Positions 47,721 to 57,999 of a DNA stretch of 64,000 nt are shown here, one piece after another. The stretch's first letter is position 1; the number at the start of each line of letters is the position of its first letter. Origin of the DNA: an uncultured Candidatus Binatia bacterium (GTDB lineage: Bacteria > Desulfobacterota > Binatia > UBA9968 > JAJDTQ01); NCBI GenBank assembly GCA_965242525.1, contig OZ251459.1:1920001-1984000 (forward strand). The letters run 5' to 3'. Made by a program: the position numbers and the translations under genes. The notes beneath the pieces were generated by a model. The model was given only the letters and a program-made list of their open reading frames with translations, did not search any database and was not told the origin of the DNA.

Positions 47721-48320
47721 TCAGAGCCTCGCCACGACGGTTTCCCCGCTGCGCACCCGCTGGCCGGGACGCACCTCCACCGCGGCCCCGGGGGGCAGGC
47801 GCAGGTCCACGCGGGAGCCGAACATGATCAGGCCGAAGCGCTCGCCCTTCCGCAACGGGTCTCCCGGGCCCACGTCGCAAACGATGCGGCGGGCGAGGAA
47901 GCCCGCGATCTGCACCACCTGGAGGGTCTTTCCCGAATCCTCCACGAACTCGACCACGTTGCGCTCGTTCTCGTCGGACGCCTTGCCCCGGTTGGCGGCG
48001 AAGAAACGGCCCGGACGGTAGCGGACGTCCTGCACCCGTCCGTTCATGGGGGCCCGGTTGACGTGTACGTCCAGGGGCGAGAGGAAGATGCTGAGCCTGC
48101 GGCCCTCGTCGCTCACCTCCACGACCTTGCCGTCCGCCGGCGACACCACCACCCCGTCCCCGTCCGGGGCGGTCCGCTCCGGGTCCCGGAAGAACCCCGC
48201 AAGGGCCAACGCCGCGGCCGCCAAGGCAACGCCGGCCGCGAGCCAGCCCGCGGCCAGAGCCGCGGCCGCCAGGGCCGACGCAACGAATACGAACCGGTAG
48301 CCTTCCCTTGCGATCCGGAT
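47721..48320 (-). CDS. psd: Phosphatidylserine decarboxylase proenzyme (start uncertain, probably ATC)
   Basis: RIAREG, FFRDPER, SPADGKV, IFLSPLDVHVNRAP, IMFGSRVD self-cleavage motif. Confidence 0.9.
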   Translation of the reverse strand: MRIAREGYRFVFVASALAAAALAAGWLAAGVALAAAALALAGFFRDPERTAPDGDGVVVSPADGKVVEVSDEGRRLSIFLSPLDVHVNRAPMNGRVQDVRYRPGRFFAANRGKASDENERNVVEFVEDSGKTLQVVQIAGFLARRIVCDVGPGDPLRKGERFGLIMFGSRVDLRLPPGAAVEVRPGQRVRSGETVVARL

Positions 48321-48376
48321 GGGAGCCTCCCCGCGAAACCGTGCGGCCTCCCTCCGAGGGAGGGGACCCGCACGGC

Positions 48377-49393
48377 CTAGTTCCTGCTCTTGTCCACCAA
48401 CCGGTCCTCCGCCAGCCACGGCATCATGGACCTGAGCTGCTCGCCCACCTTCTCGATGGGATGGCTGCGCGACGCCTGGCGCAGCTCGTCGAAGCGCGCC
48501 GACCCCGAACGGTGCTCGGCCATCCACTCGTCGGCGAACTTCCCGGACTGGATGTCCGCCAGGATATCCTTCATGACCTTGCGCGTGCCCTCCCCGACGA
48601 TGCGCCTGCCCCGGGTGAGGTCGCCGTACTCCGCGGTGTTGCTCACCGAGTAGCGCATGTTGGCCAAGCCGCCTTCATAGATCAGGTCCACGATCAGCTT
48701 GACCTCGTGGCAGCACTCGAAATAGGCCATCTCCGGAGGGTAACCCGCCTCCACCAGGGTCTCGTAGCCCGCCTGGATCAGCGACGTGAGGCCGCCGCAC
48801 AGCACCGTCTGCTCGCCGAACAGGTCGGTCTCCGTCTCGTCCTTGAAGGTGGTCTCGATGACCGCGGCCCGGGCCCCGCCGATGGCCGCGGCGTAGGCCA
48901 GCCCCACGGAGCGGGTGTCTCCGGACGGGTCCTGCTCGATGGCCAACAGGCAGGGCACCCCCCTGCCCCGCTCGAACTCGCTCCGCACCAGGTGGCCGGG
49001 GCCCTTGGGCGCCACCATGAAGACGTTGACGTCCTCGGGCGGCGCCACCCGCTTGAAGTGGATGTTGAAGCCGTGCCCGAAGGCCAGGTAGTTCCCCGGC
49101 CGGAGACCCGGCCGGATGACCTGTTCGTACGCTTCGCCCTGGAGCTCGTCCGGCAGCAGGACCATCACCACGTCCCCCGCTTCCGCGGCCTCCGCGGTCT
49201 CCATCACCGCCAGGCCCGCCTCCGCGGCCTTGGCCCAGGAGGCGCTGTCGCGCCGCAGCCCCACCACCACGTCCACGCCCGAGTCGCGCAGGTTGCTCGC
49301 GTGGGCGTGCCCCTGGCTGCCGTAACCGAGCACGGTCACCTTGCGGTCGCGGATCCGGTCCAGGTCCGCGTCCCGGTCATAGTAAACCTGCAT
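48377..49393 (-). CDS. ilvC: Ketol-acid reductoisomerase
   Basis: [39 protein letters not shown]. Confidence 0.97.
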   Translation of the reverse strand: MQVYYDRDADLDRIRDRKVTVLGYGSQGHAHASNLRDSGVDVVVGLRRDSASWAKAAEAGLAVMETAEAAEAGDVVMVLLPDELQGEAYEQVIRPGLRPGNYLAFGHGFNIHFKRVAPPEDVNVFMVAPKGPGHLVRSEFERGRGVPCLLAIEQDPSGDTRSVGLAYAAAIGGARAAVIETTFKDETETDLFGEQTVLCGGLTSLIQAGYETLVEAGYPPEMAYFECCHEVKLIVDLIYEGGLANMRYSVSNTAEYGDLTRGRRIVGEGTRKVMKDILADIQSGKFADEWMAEHRSGSARFDELRQASRSHPIEKVGEQLRSMMPWLAEDRLVDKSRN

Positions 49394-49417
49394 GATCAAC
49401 CTCCCTGCGGGCAGCGG

Positions 49418-49897
49418 TCACAGCGGTTCCCGCGTGATGGCGATCCGGCCGGTGCGAACGATCTCCTTGATGCCCATGGGCTTCAACAGATGGATCACCG
49501 CCTGGATCTTCCGGGCGTCCCCCGACACCTCCAGTGTGTAGGTCTGGGGCGTCGAATCGACCACATGGGCGCGGAATATGTGCGCGATCCTCATGGCTTC
49601 GTCCCGTTGCGCGGGCTTGGCCAGGATCTTGATGAGCGCCGTTTCCCGGTCGATGTGGTCTTCCTCGGTCAGGTCCACGACCTTCAGGACCTCGATGACC
49701 TTGTTGAGCTGCTTCATGATCTGCTCGATGATGTCCTCGTCGCCCGAGGTCACCACCGTGATCATGGAGATGCTGGAGTCCGGCGTCGGCGCCACCGAAA
49801 GGCTCTCGATGTTGTAGCCCCGGGCGCTGAACAGGCCGGCCACCCGCGCCAGCACCCCGGCCTTGTTCTCCACCAGAACGGAGATGATGTGTTCCAT
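49418..49897 (-). CDS. ilvN: Acetolactate synthase small subunit
   Basis: SVLVENKAGVLARVAGLFSARGYNIESL, EIVRTG. Confidence 0.96.
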   Translation of the reverse strand: MEHIISVLVENKAGVLARVAGLFSARGYNIESLSVAPTPDSSISMITVVTSGDEDIIEQIMKQLNKVIEVLKVVDLTEEDHIDRETALIKILAKPAQRDEAMRIAHIFRAHVVDSTPQTYTLEVSGDARKIQAVIHLLKPMGIKEIVRTGRIAITREPL

Positions 49898-49909
49898 CCG
49901 TCCGAACCC

Positions 49910-51685
49910 CTACGCCGGCAGGACGGCGTCCGCATCCTCTCCCTTTTTCCGTGTGGTCTTGCGCGCGGTCTTCAGTTGCGGCGGGTCCTCCAGCACCATC
50001 TCGTGCTGGGCGCCCCCGGCCGGGATCATCGGGTAGCAGTTCTCGAACCGGTCGATGGCGAAGTTCATCAGCACCGGGCCCTTGTGCCGGAGCCCTTCCT
50101 TCAGCACCGCTTCCACGTCCGCGGGTCCGTCCGAGTGGAGCCCGAGTATGCCGTAGGCCTCGGCGAGCTTGACGAAATCGGGGATGGCCCCCAGGTCGCT
50201 GGAGGCGTAGCGCCCGTCGTAGAAGAGGTCCTGCCATTGCCGCACCATGCCGTGGAACTGGTTGTTGAGCAGGACGACCTTGACCGGCAGCTTGTGGACG
50301 GCCGCCACCGCCAGCTCCTGCAGGTTCATCTGGAAGCTGCCTTCGCTGGTGATGCACAGCACGGTCTTGTTGGGGTACGCCTTCTGCGCGCCCAGGGCGG
50401 CCGGGAACCCGAAACCCATGGTGCCCAGCCCCCCCGAGGTCAGGAAGGTGCGCTGGGCGGCGCCCTTGAAGTACTGGGCGGCCCACATCTGGTGTTGCCC
50501 CACGTCGGTGACCACGATGGCCTTGTGCCGGGTGAGCTCGTAGGCCTTCTCGATGACGTACTGGGGCTTGGTCTGCTTCTTGCCTTCCTGCTGGTAGGCC
50601 AGCGGATGCTCCGCGGCCCACGCATGGACCTGCCGGAGCCAGGGCCTCCGCTGGGCCTTGACGCTGTCGGGGTCCCCGTCCATGGAGCTCAGCACGTTCA
50701 CCAGCTCCCGCAGCACCGTCTTCACGTCGCCCACGATGGGGATGTGGGCATGCACGTTCTTCTTGATGGAGGTGGGGTCGATGTCGATGTGGATGACCCG
50801 CGCGCGGGGCGAGAACTCGGACAGCTTGCCGGTCACCCGGTCGTCGAACCGGGCGCCCACAGCGATCAGCAGGTCGGCCTCGTGCATGGCCATGTTGGCG
50901 CAATAGGTGCCGTGCATGCCCAACATGCCCATGCACAGGGGGTGGGTTCCGGGAAAGGCCCCCAACCCCATCACCGTCATGGTCACCGGTACCTGGGTCA
51001 GGTCCGCGAACTCGCGCACCTCGTTGGCCGCGCCGGAAAAGATCGCGCCGCCGCCCGCGTAGATCACCGGCCTCCTGGCCTTCAGGATCTCCTGGGCCGC
51101 CTGCTTGATCTGGTGGCGGTTGCCCGACACCGTGGGGCGGTATCCCCGGAGGGCCACCTTGTCGGGATACCGGAACTCCGCGGACTCGGTGCTCACGTCC
51201 TTGGGGATGTCCACCAGCACCGGACCCGGACGCCCGGTGTTGGCGATGTAGAACGCCTCCTTGATGACGGTGGCGAGCTCGGACACGTCCTTCACCAGCA
51301 CGTTGTGCTTGGTGCAGGGACGGCTGATGCCGATGTTGTCGGCTTCCTGGAACGCGTCGTTGCCGATGAGGTTGGTGGGGACCTGCCCGGTGAAGGCCAC
51401 CAGCGGCACGGAGTCCATCATGGCGTCCGCCAGGCCCGTCACGATGTTGGTCATGCCCGGGCCCGAGGTCACCAGCGCCACCCCCGCCCTGCCCGTGGCC
51501 TTGGCGTAGCCCTCGGCCATGTGCACCGCGCCCTGCTCGTGCCGGGTCAGGACCACCTCCACGTCCTCCTGCTGGTGCAGGACGTCGAACAGCTTGAGGA
51601 CCACTCCTCCGGGGATGCCGAAGATGGTCTTCACCCCCTCGCGCTTGAGCGACTCGACGAATATCTCCGACCCGTTCAACCTCAT
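49910..51685 (-). CDS. ilvB: Acetolactate synthase large subunit
   Basis: RHEQGAVHMAEGYA, TSGPG, GARFDDRVTG, DVGQHQMWAAQ, GMVRQWQ. Confidence 0.96.
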   Translation of the reverse strand: MRLNGSEIFVESLKREGVKTIFGIPGGVVLKLFDVLHQQEDVEVVLTRHEQGAVHMAEGYAKATGRAGVALVTSGPGMTNIVTGLADAMMDSVPLVAFTGQVPTNLIGNDAFQEADNIGISRPCTKHNVLVKDVSELATVIKEAFYIANTGRPGPVLVDIPKDVSTESAEFRYPDKVALRGYRPTVSGNRHQIKQAAQEILKARRPVIYAGGGAIFSGAANEVREFADLTQVPVTMTVMGLGAFPGTHPLCMGMLGMHGTYCANMAMHEADLLIAVGARFDDRVTGKLSEFSPRARVIHIDIDPTSIKKNVHAHIPIVGDVKTVLRELVNVLSSMDGDPDSVKAQRRPWLRQVHAWAAEHPLAYQQEGKKQTKPQYVIEKAYELTRHKAIVVTDVGQHQMWAAQYFKGAAQRTFLTSGGLGTMGFGFPAALGAQKAYPNKTVLCITSEGSFQMNLQELAVAAVHKLPVKVVLLNNQFHGMVRQWQDLFYDGRYASSDLGAIPDFVKLAEAYGILGLHSDGPADVEAVLKEGLRHKGPVLMNFAIDRFENCYPMIPAGGAQHEMVLEDPPQLKTARKTTRKKGEDADAVLPA

Positions 51686-51697
51686 GGCTCTCTCCCG

Positions 51698-51925
51698 TCA
51701 GCTCGCCGGCTTGTACTTGCCGAGGATCTCCATGATCTTGTCCTTGCCCACGAGCTTCCGCTTCTGGATGCGTTTCTTCTCCATCTCCTCTTCGGGAGAC
51801 AGGTAACCCTTGTCGTGCAAGTCCACCAACTGCTTCTCGTACTCCAGGTGCTCTTCGTAGTATTTGCGCAATTCCGGGTCCTTATCCAAGACAGAGGCAA
51901 TCATCCGCTCCTCTCTCTCCTCCAT
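51698..51925 (-). CDS. DUF465-like small coiled-coil protein
   Basis: YEEHLEYEKQL...KKRIQKRKLVGKDKI; SD AGGAGG. Confidence 0.75.
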   Translation of the reverse strand: MEEREERMIASVLDKDPELRKYYEEHLEYEKQLVDLHDKGYLSPEEEMEKKRIQKRKLVGKDKIMEILGKYKPAS

Positions 51926-51964
51926 TGGACGACCTCCTGACGGGTGTGTTGGGGCAAACGGAAA

Positions 51965-51993
51965 AATCTATCCAACGCCCGCTCCTTTGTCAA
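51965..51993 (-). promoter_or_regulatory. Sigma70-type promoter of the DUF465-ilv-psd-pssA-leu operon
   Basis: TTGACA (51993-51988), 17-nt spacer, TAGATT (51970-51965). Confidence 0.55.
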
Positions 51994-52715
51994 CGAGCCG
52001 CCCGGGGCGCGGCGTCGGGCGGACGTATGTAGAAAGGCGCCAGCGACGCCGCGTCCGCGGCCGCCGACGGCGACTTCCGTCGGGCGATCCGGGCCACCGA
52101 AACGGCGGTGGAAGGTCCCTCGCCGCCCGGGGCGACCCGGGCGCGGCCGCGGGTGCACCGGGCGATGAGCCCGGCGTAAGCCTCGACGCCGCTCCCCACG
52201 AAGAGGCACGGCCCCTCCGCCATGGCGTCCACCTGCCGGAACAGGAACTCCGGCTCCGCCGCGCAGTCCTCCATCAGGCGCTCCAGGGCCGCGTCCGTCC
52301 GACGGTACAGGGCCGCGTAAACCTCCCCTTTGCGGGCGTCCATCAAGGGGCACACGAAACTCGCGCCGTCCCCGGGCGGCGCCCCGTGCGCCAGGGCCTC
52401 CAGGGTGCGCACCCCCACCACCGGCGTCCCCGATCCATAGACCAGCCCCTTGGCCGTGCTGATCCCGATCCTCAGGCCGGTAAAGGAACCGGGACCCACC
52501 GCCACCCCCAGCAGCGAGAGGCTCGCGAAGTCCGTCCCCGCGCTCCGGAGCACATCCTCGATGAGCGGGAGCAGGGCCTCGGCGTGGTTCGAACGGCCCG
52601 GGCGGCGGTGGTCGGCCCGGGCGGACTCCCTCACGCACTCGGCCGCCACCCGGTCGCCGTCCAGGACCGCGGCGCTCAACCGCGCCGTCGATGTGTCGAG
52701 TCCGAGTACCTTCAT
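51990..52715 (-). CDS. tsaB: tRNA t6A biosynthesis protein TsaB
   Basis: LGLDTST, VGPGSFTGLRIG, MDARKGEVY, PFYIR. Confidence 0.93.
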   Translation of the reverse strand: MKVLGLDTSTARLSAAVLDGDRVAAECVRESARADHRRPGRSNHAEALLPLIEDVLRSAGTDFASLSLLGVAVGPGSFTGLRIGISTAKGLVYGSGTPVVGVRTLEALAHGAPPGDGASFVCPLMDARKGEVYAALYRRTDAALERLMEDCAAEPEFLFRQVDAMAEGPCLFVGSGVEAYAGLIARCTRGRARVAPGGEGPSTAVSVARIARRKSPSAAADAASLAPFYIRPPDAAPRAAR

Positions 52716-52723
52716 GGGCCCGG

Positions 52724-53800
52724 TCAACCGCCGAAGATGCGCGCCAGGTCGTTGTAGAACGCGTAAACCATGACGAAGATCAGCAGCGCCAGGCCCATCT
52801 GCTGGGCCCGTTCCCTCTGCTTCACGTCCAGGGGCTTTCCGCGCACGGCCTCGATGAGGAAGAACAGCAGGTGCCCGCCGTCCAGCATGGGGATGGGGAG
52901 CAGGTTCAGGACCCCCAGGTTGATGCTCAGGAGCGCCACCAGGAACAGGTAGTCCGCGAACCCCCTCCGGGCCTGCTCGCCGGCCAACTGGGCGATCATG
53001 ATGGGACCGCCCAGGTTCGCCGAATCCACGCGCCCCACCACCATCTTGACCAGCACCTCCAGCGTCAGCAGCGAGAGCTCCACCGTGCGGGAGACCGCGA
53101 GCCAACTCGCGGTCAGGGGGTTCCCCCTTTCCACCTCCACGTTCCCCGCGCCCTGGACGCCGATGAGCCAAGCCTCCTCGGACTCGCCGAGCAGGTTGCG
53201 CGTCGGGCCCCTGGCGGCGCTCAGCGTGACCGCGAACTCCCTGCCGTCGCGCACGACCCCCAACTCCAGGGGCCGGCCCCGGCTCGCCCGGACCTCCCGG
53301 GACAGCTCGTCCCAGGAACGGATGGGGCGGTCGGCCGCCATGACGATCCGGTCCCCCGCCCGGAGCCCCGCGGCCGCGGCCGGCGAGCCGGGCTGCACGC
53401 CGCCGAGCTCCGCGGTGCGGTAGGGCACGCCGAAGAACAGGAAGACGCAGAGGAACACCACCGCGGCGAGCACGAAGTTGGCCCCCGGGCCGGCCAGCAC
53501 GATGGCGGCGCGGCGGGCCAGGCTCCGGTGGGCGAAGGAGCGGTCCCGGTCCGCGGACTCCACGTCTTCCCCGGGATCCTCGCCCACCATCTTGACGTAC
53601 CCCCCCAGGGGGAAGGCGCTCACGCAGTACTCGGTCTCGCCGTACCGCCGCACCAGCACTTTCGGGCCGAAGCCGATGGAGAAGGTCACCACCCCCACGC
53701 CCGCCTTCTTGGCCACGAGGAAGTGGCCCAGCTCGTGGAGGAACACGAGCACGGTGAAGGCGGCCACCGCGGCCACCACCATGTAGGCCACGTCGATCAT
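52724..53800 (-). CDS. rseP: RIP metalloprotease RseP
   Basis: HELGH, PLGGYVKM, PDZ domain, NLLPIPMLDGG. Confidence 0.95.
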   Translation of the reverse strand: MIDVAYMVVAAVAAFTVLVFLHELGHFLVAKKAGVGVVTFSIGFGPKVLVRRYGETEYCVSAFPLGGYVKMVGEDPGEDVESADRDRSFAHRSLARRAAIVLAGPGANFVLAAVVFLCVFLFFGVPYRTAELGGVQPGSPAAAAGLRAGDRIVMAADRPIRSWDELSREVRASRGRPLELGVVRDGREFAVTLSAARGPTRNLLGESEEAWLIGVQGAGNVEVERGNPLTASWLAVSRTVELSLLTLEVLVKMVVGRVDSANLGGPIMIAQLAGEQARRGFADYLFLVALLSINLGVLNLLPIPMLDGGHLLFFLIEAVRGKPLDVKQRERAQQMGLALLIFVMVYAFYNDLARIFGG

Positions 53801-54963
53801 CGGGCCCGTCCGTTGCCCTGCACGAGATCCTGCGCAAACGCCCGCGCCCAACGGTCGGCCTCCAGGACCTGCCGCAGGTTCCCGGGCTTGACCGGCTCGT
53901 GGGACCGGACGGCCTCCCGGCTGATCTCGTGGATCCGGCGAAAACCGATGCGTCCGTCCAGGAACGCGGCCACCGCCACCTCGTTGGCGGCGTTGAGGAC
54001 CGGCGGAGCGGCGCCGCCCCGGGCCAGGGCGTCGTAGGCGATGTCCAGGGCGGGGTAGCGCCGGCCTTCCACCCCCAGGAAGGTGAGCTCGCCGGGCTTC
54101 TTCAGGTTCAGCGCGGGCAGCCCGGTATCGAGCCGCTCGGGGTAGGAGAGGGCGTAGGCGATGGGGATGCGCATGTCGGGAACCCCGAGCTGCGCCATCA
54201 CCGATCCGTCACGGTAGCGCACCATCGAGTGGACCACGCTCTGTGGGTGGATCATCACCTCCACCCGCTCGCCGGGCACGCCGAACAGCCAGCGGGACTC
54301 GATCACCTCCAGCCCCTTGTTCATCATGGTGGCCGAATCGATGGTGATCTTCGGCCCCATCTTCCAGGTGGGATGCTGCAGCGCCTGGCCCACGGTCACG
54401 CCGCGCAACTGCCGGAGCGGGGTGCGCAGGAACGGCCCTCCCGACGCGGTCAGGATGATCCTGTCCACGTCCTCGCGCCGGTGTCCCTCCAGGCACTGGA
54501 ACACCGCGCTGTGCTCGCTGTCCACCGGCAGCAGCCGCCCCCCGCGCTTCCGGGCCTCCCGCACGAAGAGCTCGCCGGACATGACCAGGGCTTCCTTGTT
54601 GGCCAAGCCCACGTCCTTGCCCGCCTGCACCGCGGCGAAGGTCGGCACGAGACCCGCGCCGCCGACGATGGCCGCCAGCACGAAGTCGGCCGAGGGGTGG
54701 GTGGCCGCGGCCACCGAACCCTCCTCGCCGTGGACGATGTCCAGCTTGCGCCGGCCGACGCGCTTCCACAAGGCGTCCACGTGGTCCCGCTCCCGGACCC
54801 CCGCCACCCGCGGGGCGAACTCCGCGACCTGGCGAGCCAGCAGGTCCAGGTTACGCCCGGCCACCAGTCCGGCGACCTTGAACCGCCGCTTGAAGGCCCG
54901 GACCACGCGGAGGGCGTTGACGCCGATGGTCCCCGTGGAACCCAGGATGACGATGGACTTCAT
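53797..54963 (-). CDS. dxr: 1-deoxy-D-xylulose-5-phosphate reductoisomerase
   Basis: ILGSTGTIG, LANKE, PVDSEHSA, TASGGPF, IDSATMMNKGLE. Confidence 0.97.
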   Translation of the reverse strand: MKSIVILGSTGTIGVNALRVVRAFKRRFKVAGLVAGRNLDLLARQVAEFAPRVAGVRERDHVDALWKRVGRRKLDIVHGEEGSVAAATHPSADFVLAAIVGGAGLVPTFAAVQAGKDVGLANKEALVMSGELFVREARKRGGRLLPVDSEHSAVFQCLEGHRREDVDRIILTASGGPFLRTPLRQLRGVTVGQALQHPTWKMGPKITIDSATMMNKGLEVIESRWLFGVPGERVEVMIHPQSVVHSMVRYRDGSVMAQLGVPDMRIPIAYALSYPERLDTGLPALNLKKPGELTFLGVEGRRYPALDIAYDALARGGAAPPVLNAANEVAVAAFLDGRIGFRRIHEISREAVRSHEPVKPGNLRQVLEADRWARAFAQDLVQGNGRAR

Positions 54964-55736
54964 GGTTGCAGCAACCGCACGCAGTAGGCGCTCACGACTC
55001 CGGGGAAGACGAGGCTGTCGAGACGGTCCATCAGGCCGCCGTGGCCCGGGAGGAGTCCGCCCGAGTCCTTGACCGCGAAGCTCCGCTTGATCAGCGATTC
55101 GAACAGATCGCCGGCCTGGGCGACGATGACCACGGCCAGGGAGAGCCCCGCCGCTTGGCCCCACGACAGGGGCAGGACCAGCCAACCCGCGCTCCATCCC
55201 GCGGCGACGCCCGCGGCGGTGGCCGCGGCGCAGCCCGCCACGGTCTTGCCCGGGCTCACCGAAGGATACAACTTTCTTCGGCCCAGGGCCATACCGACGA
55301 AGTAGCCGGCGCTGTCCGCGGAGAAGACCACGATCAACACCCACAGCACCCACTCGTACCCGCTCCGGTACAGGACCACGAAATGGGGGAACAGGTAGCC
55401 CAGGTACAACGCCCCCGCCAAGGCGAGGCCGAGGTTCCGGTACCGCTGCTCCACCGGGCCGCCGCCGAAGGTGAAGGCCACGAACAGCAATACGATGACC
55501 ACCGGGAACAGGGCCGAGAACCCGGGCGCCACGACGGTCAGGGAAAGCAGCATTCCGGCCGCGACCCCGGCCGCCCGCGCCCCGCCCCGGTCCGGGAAGA
55601 CCATGCGGAAGTATTCCAGCAGGGCGATGAGTACGAGCAGTTCGACGAACGACGAGAACAGCCACAGGCTGTCCGTCCAGAGGATCCCGAACACCAGGGG
55701 AATCCCCGCCAGTGCGGTCAGTACCCGCGCGCGCAT
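54960..55736 (-). CDS. cdsA: Phosphatidate cytidylyltransferase
   Basis: DSAGYFVG, SPGKTVAG, GDLFESLIKR, KDSG.LLPGHGG.MDRLDS. Confidence 0.95.
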   Translation of the reverse strand: MRARVLTALAGIPLVFGILWTDSLWLFSSFVELLVLIALLEYFRMVFPDRGGARAAGVAAGMLLSLTVVAPGFSALFPVVIVLLFVAFTFGGGPVEQRYRNLGLALAGALYLGYLFPHFVVLYRSGYEWVLWVLIVVFSADSAGYFVGMALGRRKLYPSVSPGKTVAGCAAATAAGVAAGWSAGWLVLPLSWGQAAGLSLAVVIVAQAGDLFESLIKRSFAVKDSGGLLPGHGGLMDRLDSLVFPGVVSAYCVRLLQP

Positions 55737-55743
55737 GGAAGCT

Positions 55744-56622
55744 TCAACCCTGCGGAAGCTGCTCGTCCGTCTTGCCGAACCGGCGTCTCCGTCTCTGGAA
55801 CTCCAGCAGCGCCTCGATGTACCGCGCCTCGGAGAAGTCGGGCCACAGCGTGTTCGTGACGTACAACTCCGTATAGGGTATCTGCCACAGGAAGAAGTTG
55901 CTGATGCGCATCTCCCCGCTGGTGCGGATCAACAGGTCCGGATCCGGGATGTGCGCCGTCTCCATGTTGGCCGCGATCATGGACTCGTCGATCTCCCCGG
56001 GGTCGCACTCTCCGGCCTTCACTTTCCGGGCGATGTTCCGCACCGACCGGACGATGTCGCGCCGGCCGCTGTAGCTGAGGGCCAGGATGACCGTGATGGC
56101 CGTGTTGTCGCGGGTGAGGCGTATGCTGTGGTCCAGGGACCGGCGTACCGCCGCGGGCAGGCGTTTGCGGTCGCCGATGGCGATGAGCCGCACTCCTTCG
56201 CGCATCATGCGGTCCTGCTCGCGCCGCAGGTAGTTCTGGAGGATGGCCATCAACCCTCCGACCTCGGCCGACGGCCGGTTCCAGTTCTCGTACGAGAAGG
56301 CGTAGAGGGAAACGTAGCGGATGCCCAGGTTGCGGCTCGTCTCCAGCGCGGTCCTGACCGCAGCGGTCCCCGCGCGATGGCCTTCGAGCCGGCTCTTGCC
56401 CCGAAGCCGGGCCCAGCGCCCGTTGCCGTCCATGATGATCGCCACATGGTCGGGCAACCGGCTCTTCTCCAGCCCGTGGAGCTCCGCCTCGCAAACGGCG
56501 CGCGCGGCCGAAGCCCCCTCGTGTCCCGGTCCCGGTTCGCGGGCGGCAGGAAACGCGCTGCCGGTCACGGACGAACCGAGGGCTTCCCGCCGGTCCCCGT
56601 CGCTGTCGGCCGAGCGGCTCAT
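55744..56622 (-). CDS. uppS: Undecaprenyl diphosphate synthase (start uncertain)
   Basis: HVAIIMDGNGRWA, FSYENWNRP, PDLLIRTSGEMRISNFFLWQ. Confidence 0.95.
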   Translation of the reverse strand: MSRSADSDGDRREALGSSVTGSAFPAAREPGPGHEGASAARAVCEAELHGLEKSRLPDHVAIIMDGNGRWARLRGKSRLEGHRAGTAAVRTALETSRNLGIRYVSLYAFSYENWNRPSAEVGGLMAILQNYLRREQDRMMREGVRLIAIGDRKRLPAAVRRSLDHSIRLTRDNTAITVILALSYSGRRDIVRSVRNIARKVKAGECDPGEIDESMIAANMETAHIPDPDLLIRTSGEMRISNFFLWQIPYTELYVTNTLWPDFSEARYIEALLEFQRRRRRFGKTDEQLPQG

Positions 56623-56668
56623 GCTCCCCCGGCGCCCCGGCTGCTGCTCGCGGTCCGCGGGCCGCGGG

Positions 56669-57229
56669 TCACGAGACCTCCATGATCTCGTCTTCCTTGG
56701 CCTTGAGAAAACCGTCCACCCTGCCGACGAACTCCGCGGTGATCTTCTGGATGCGCTCCTGGCCCTGTTTCACCTCGTCTTCGGTGACCTCCTTGTCCTT
56801 TTGCATCCCCTTCAACTCGTCGATGACGGCGCGCCGATGGTTCCGCACCGAGACACGGTAGTCTTCGGCGGTCTTCCGCACCTGCTTCACCAGTTCCTTC
56901 CGCCGCTCGCCGCTGAGTTCCGGTATCGGCACGCGGATCAACTTGCCGTCGTTGGCCGGAGTGAGGCCCAGGTCCGCCTTCAGTATGGCCTTCTCGATGC
57001 CGGCGATGGCCCCGGGGTCGTACGCCTGGATGGTCACCAGCCGGGGCTCGGGGGCCGCGACGGTGGCGATCTGGTTCAGCGGCGTCTGGGCGCCGTAGTA
57101 CTCCACCAGGATCCCGTCGAAGAGCGAAGCCGACGCCCGTCCGGTCCGAACCCGCCCCAGCTCCCGGCGCATGGCCGCCAGGGTCTTCTCCAACTCTTCC
57201 TGGAAAGCGCTATAGAAGCCGTCGTCCAT
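56669..57229 (-). CDS. frr: Ribosome recycling factor
   Basis: RTGRAS, YYGAQTPLNQ, PELSGERRKELVK, VRNHRR. Confidence 0.96.
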   Translation of the reverse strand: MDDGFYSAFQEELEKTLAAMRRELGRVRTGRASASLFDGILVEYYGAQTPLNQIATVAAPEPRLVTIQAYDPGAIAGIEKAILKADLGLTPANDGKLIRVPIPELSGERRKELVKQVRKTAEDYRVSVRNHRRAVIDELKGMQKDKEVTEDEVKQGQERIQKITAEFVGRVDGFLKAKEDEIMEVS

Positions 57230-57262
57230 CCGTCACCTGCCCGCTTGCGCCCGCGCCCTCCG

Positions 57263-57985
57263 TCACATGCTCACCAGGGTGCCGATGGGCTGGCCGCTCA
57301 CCACCTTGCGGATGTTGCCCTGCTCCATGACGTTGAAGACCACGATGGGGAGCCGGTTGTCCATGCAGAGCGAGATGGCGGTGGAATCCATCACCTTGAG
57401 CTCCTTGCTGAGCACCTCCATGTGGGTCAGCTCCCGGAAGAGCTTCGCGCCGTGGTTCTTCATGGGGTCCGTGTCGTACACCCCGCGGACCTTGGTGGCC
57501 TTCAGGATCACCTCGGCGCCCACTTCCATGGCCCGCAGGCTCGCGGTGGTGTCGGTGGTGAAGTAGGGGTTGCCGGTGCCGCCCGCGAAGATCACGACCC
57601 GGCCCTTCTCCAGGTGCCGCACCGCCCGCCGGCGAATATACAACTCGGCCACCTGCCGCATCTCGATGGCCGACATCACCCGCGTCGAAACGCCGGTCTT
57701 CTCCAGCGCGTCCTGGAGCGCAATGCTGTTGATGACCGTGGCCAGCATCCCCATGTAGTCGGCGCTGGCCCGGTCGATGCCGTGGTCGCTGGCCTCGGCG
57801 CCCCGCAGGATGTTGCCGCCGCCGATGACCAGGGCGATTTCGCAGCCGAGTTGATGGACTTCCCGGATCTCCTCCACGAAACCGGTGACGGTGGCGGGGT
57901 CGATGCCGTATTGGCGCTCTCCCGCGAGGACTTCCCCGGTGACCTTCAGGATGACCCGCTTGTATCTCAGCTCCGCGCCGGTCAT
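57263..57985 (-). CDS. pyrH: UMP kinase
   Basis: [34 protein letters not shown]. Confidence 0.97.
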   Translation of the reverse strand: MTGAELRYKRVILKVTGEVLAGERQYGIDPATVTGFVEEIREVHQLGCEIALVIGGGNILRGAEASDHGIDRASADYMGMLATVINSIALQDALEKTGVSTRVMSAIEMRQVAELYIRRRAVRHLEKGRVVIFAGGTGNPYFTTDTTASLRAMEVGAEVILKATKVRGVYDTDPMKNHGAKLFRELTHMEVLSKELKVMDSTAISLCMDNRLPIVVFNVMEQGNIRKVVSGQPIGTLVSM

Positions 57986-57999
57986 CCCGGTGACGTTCC

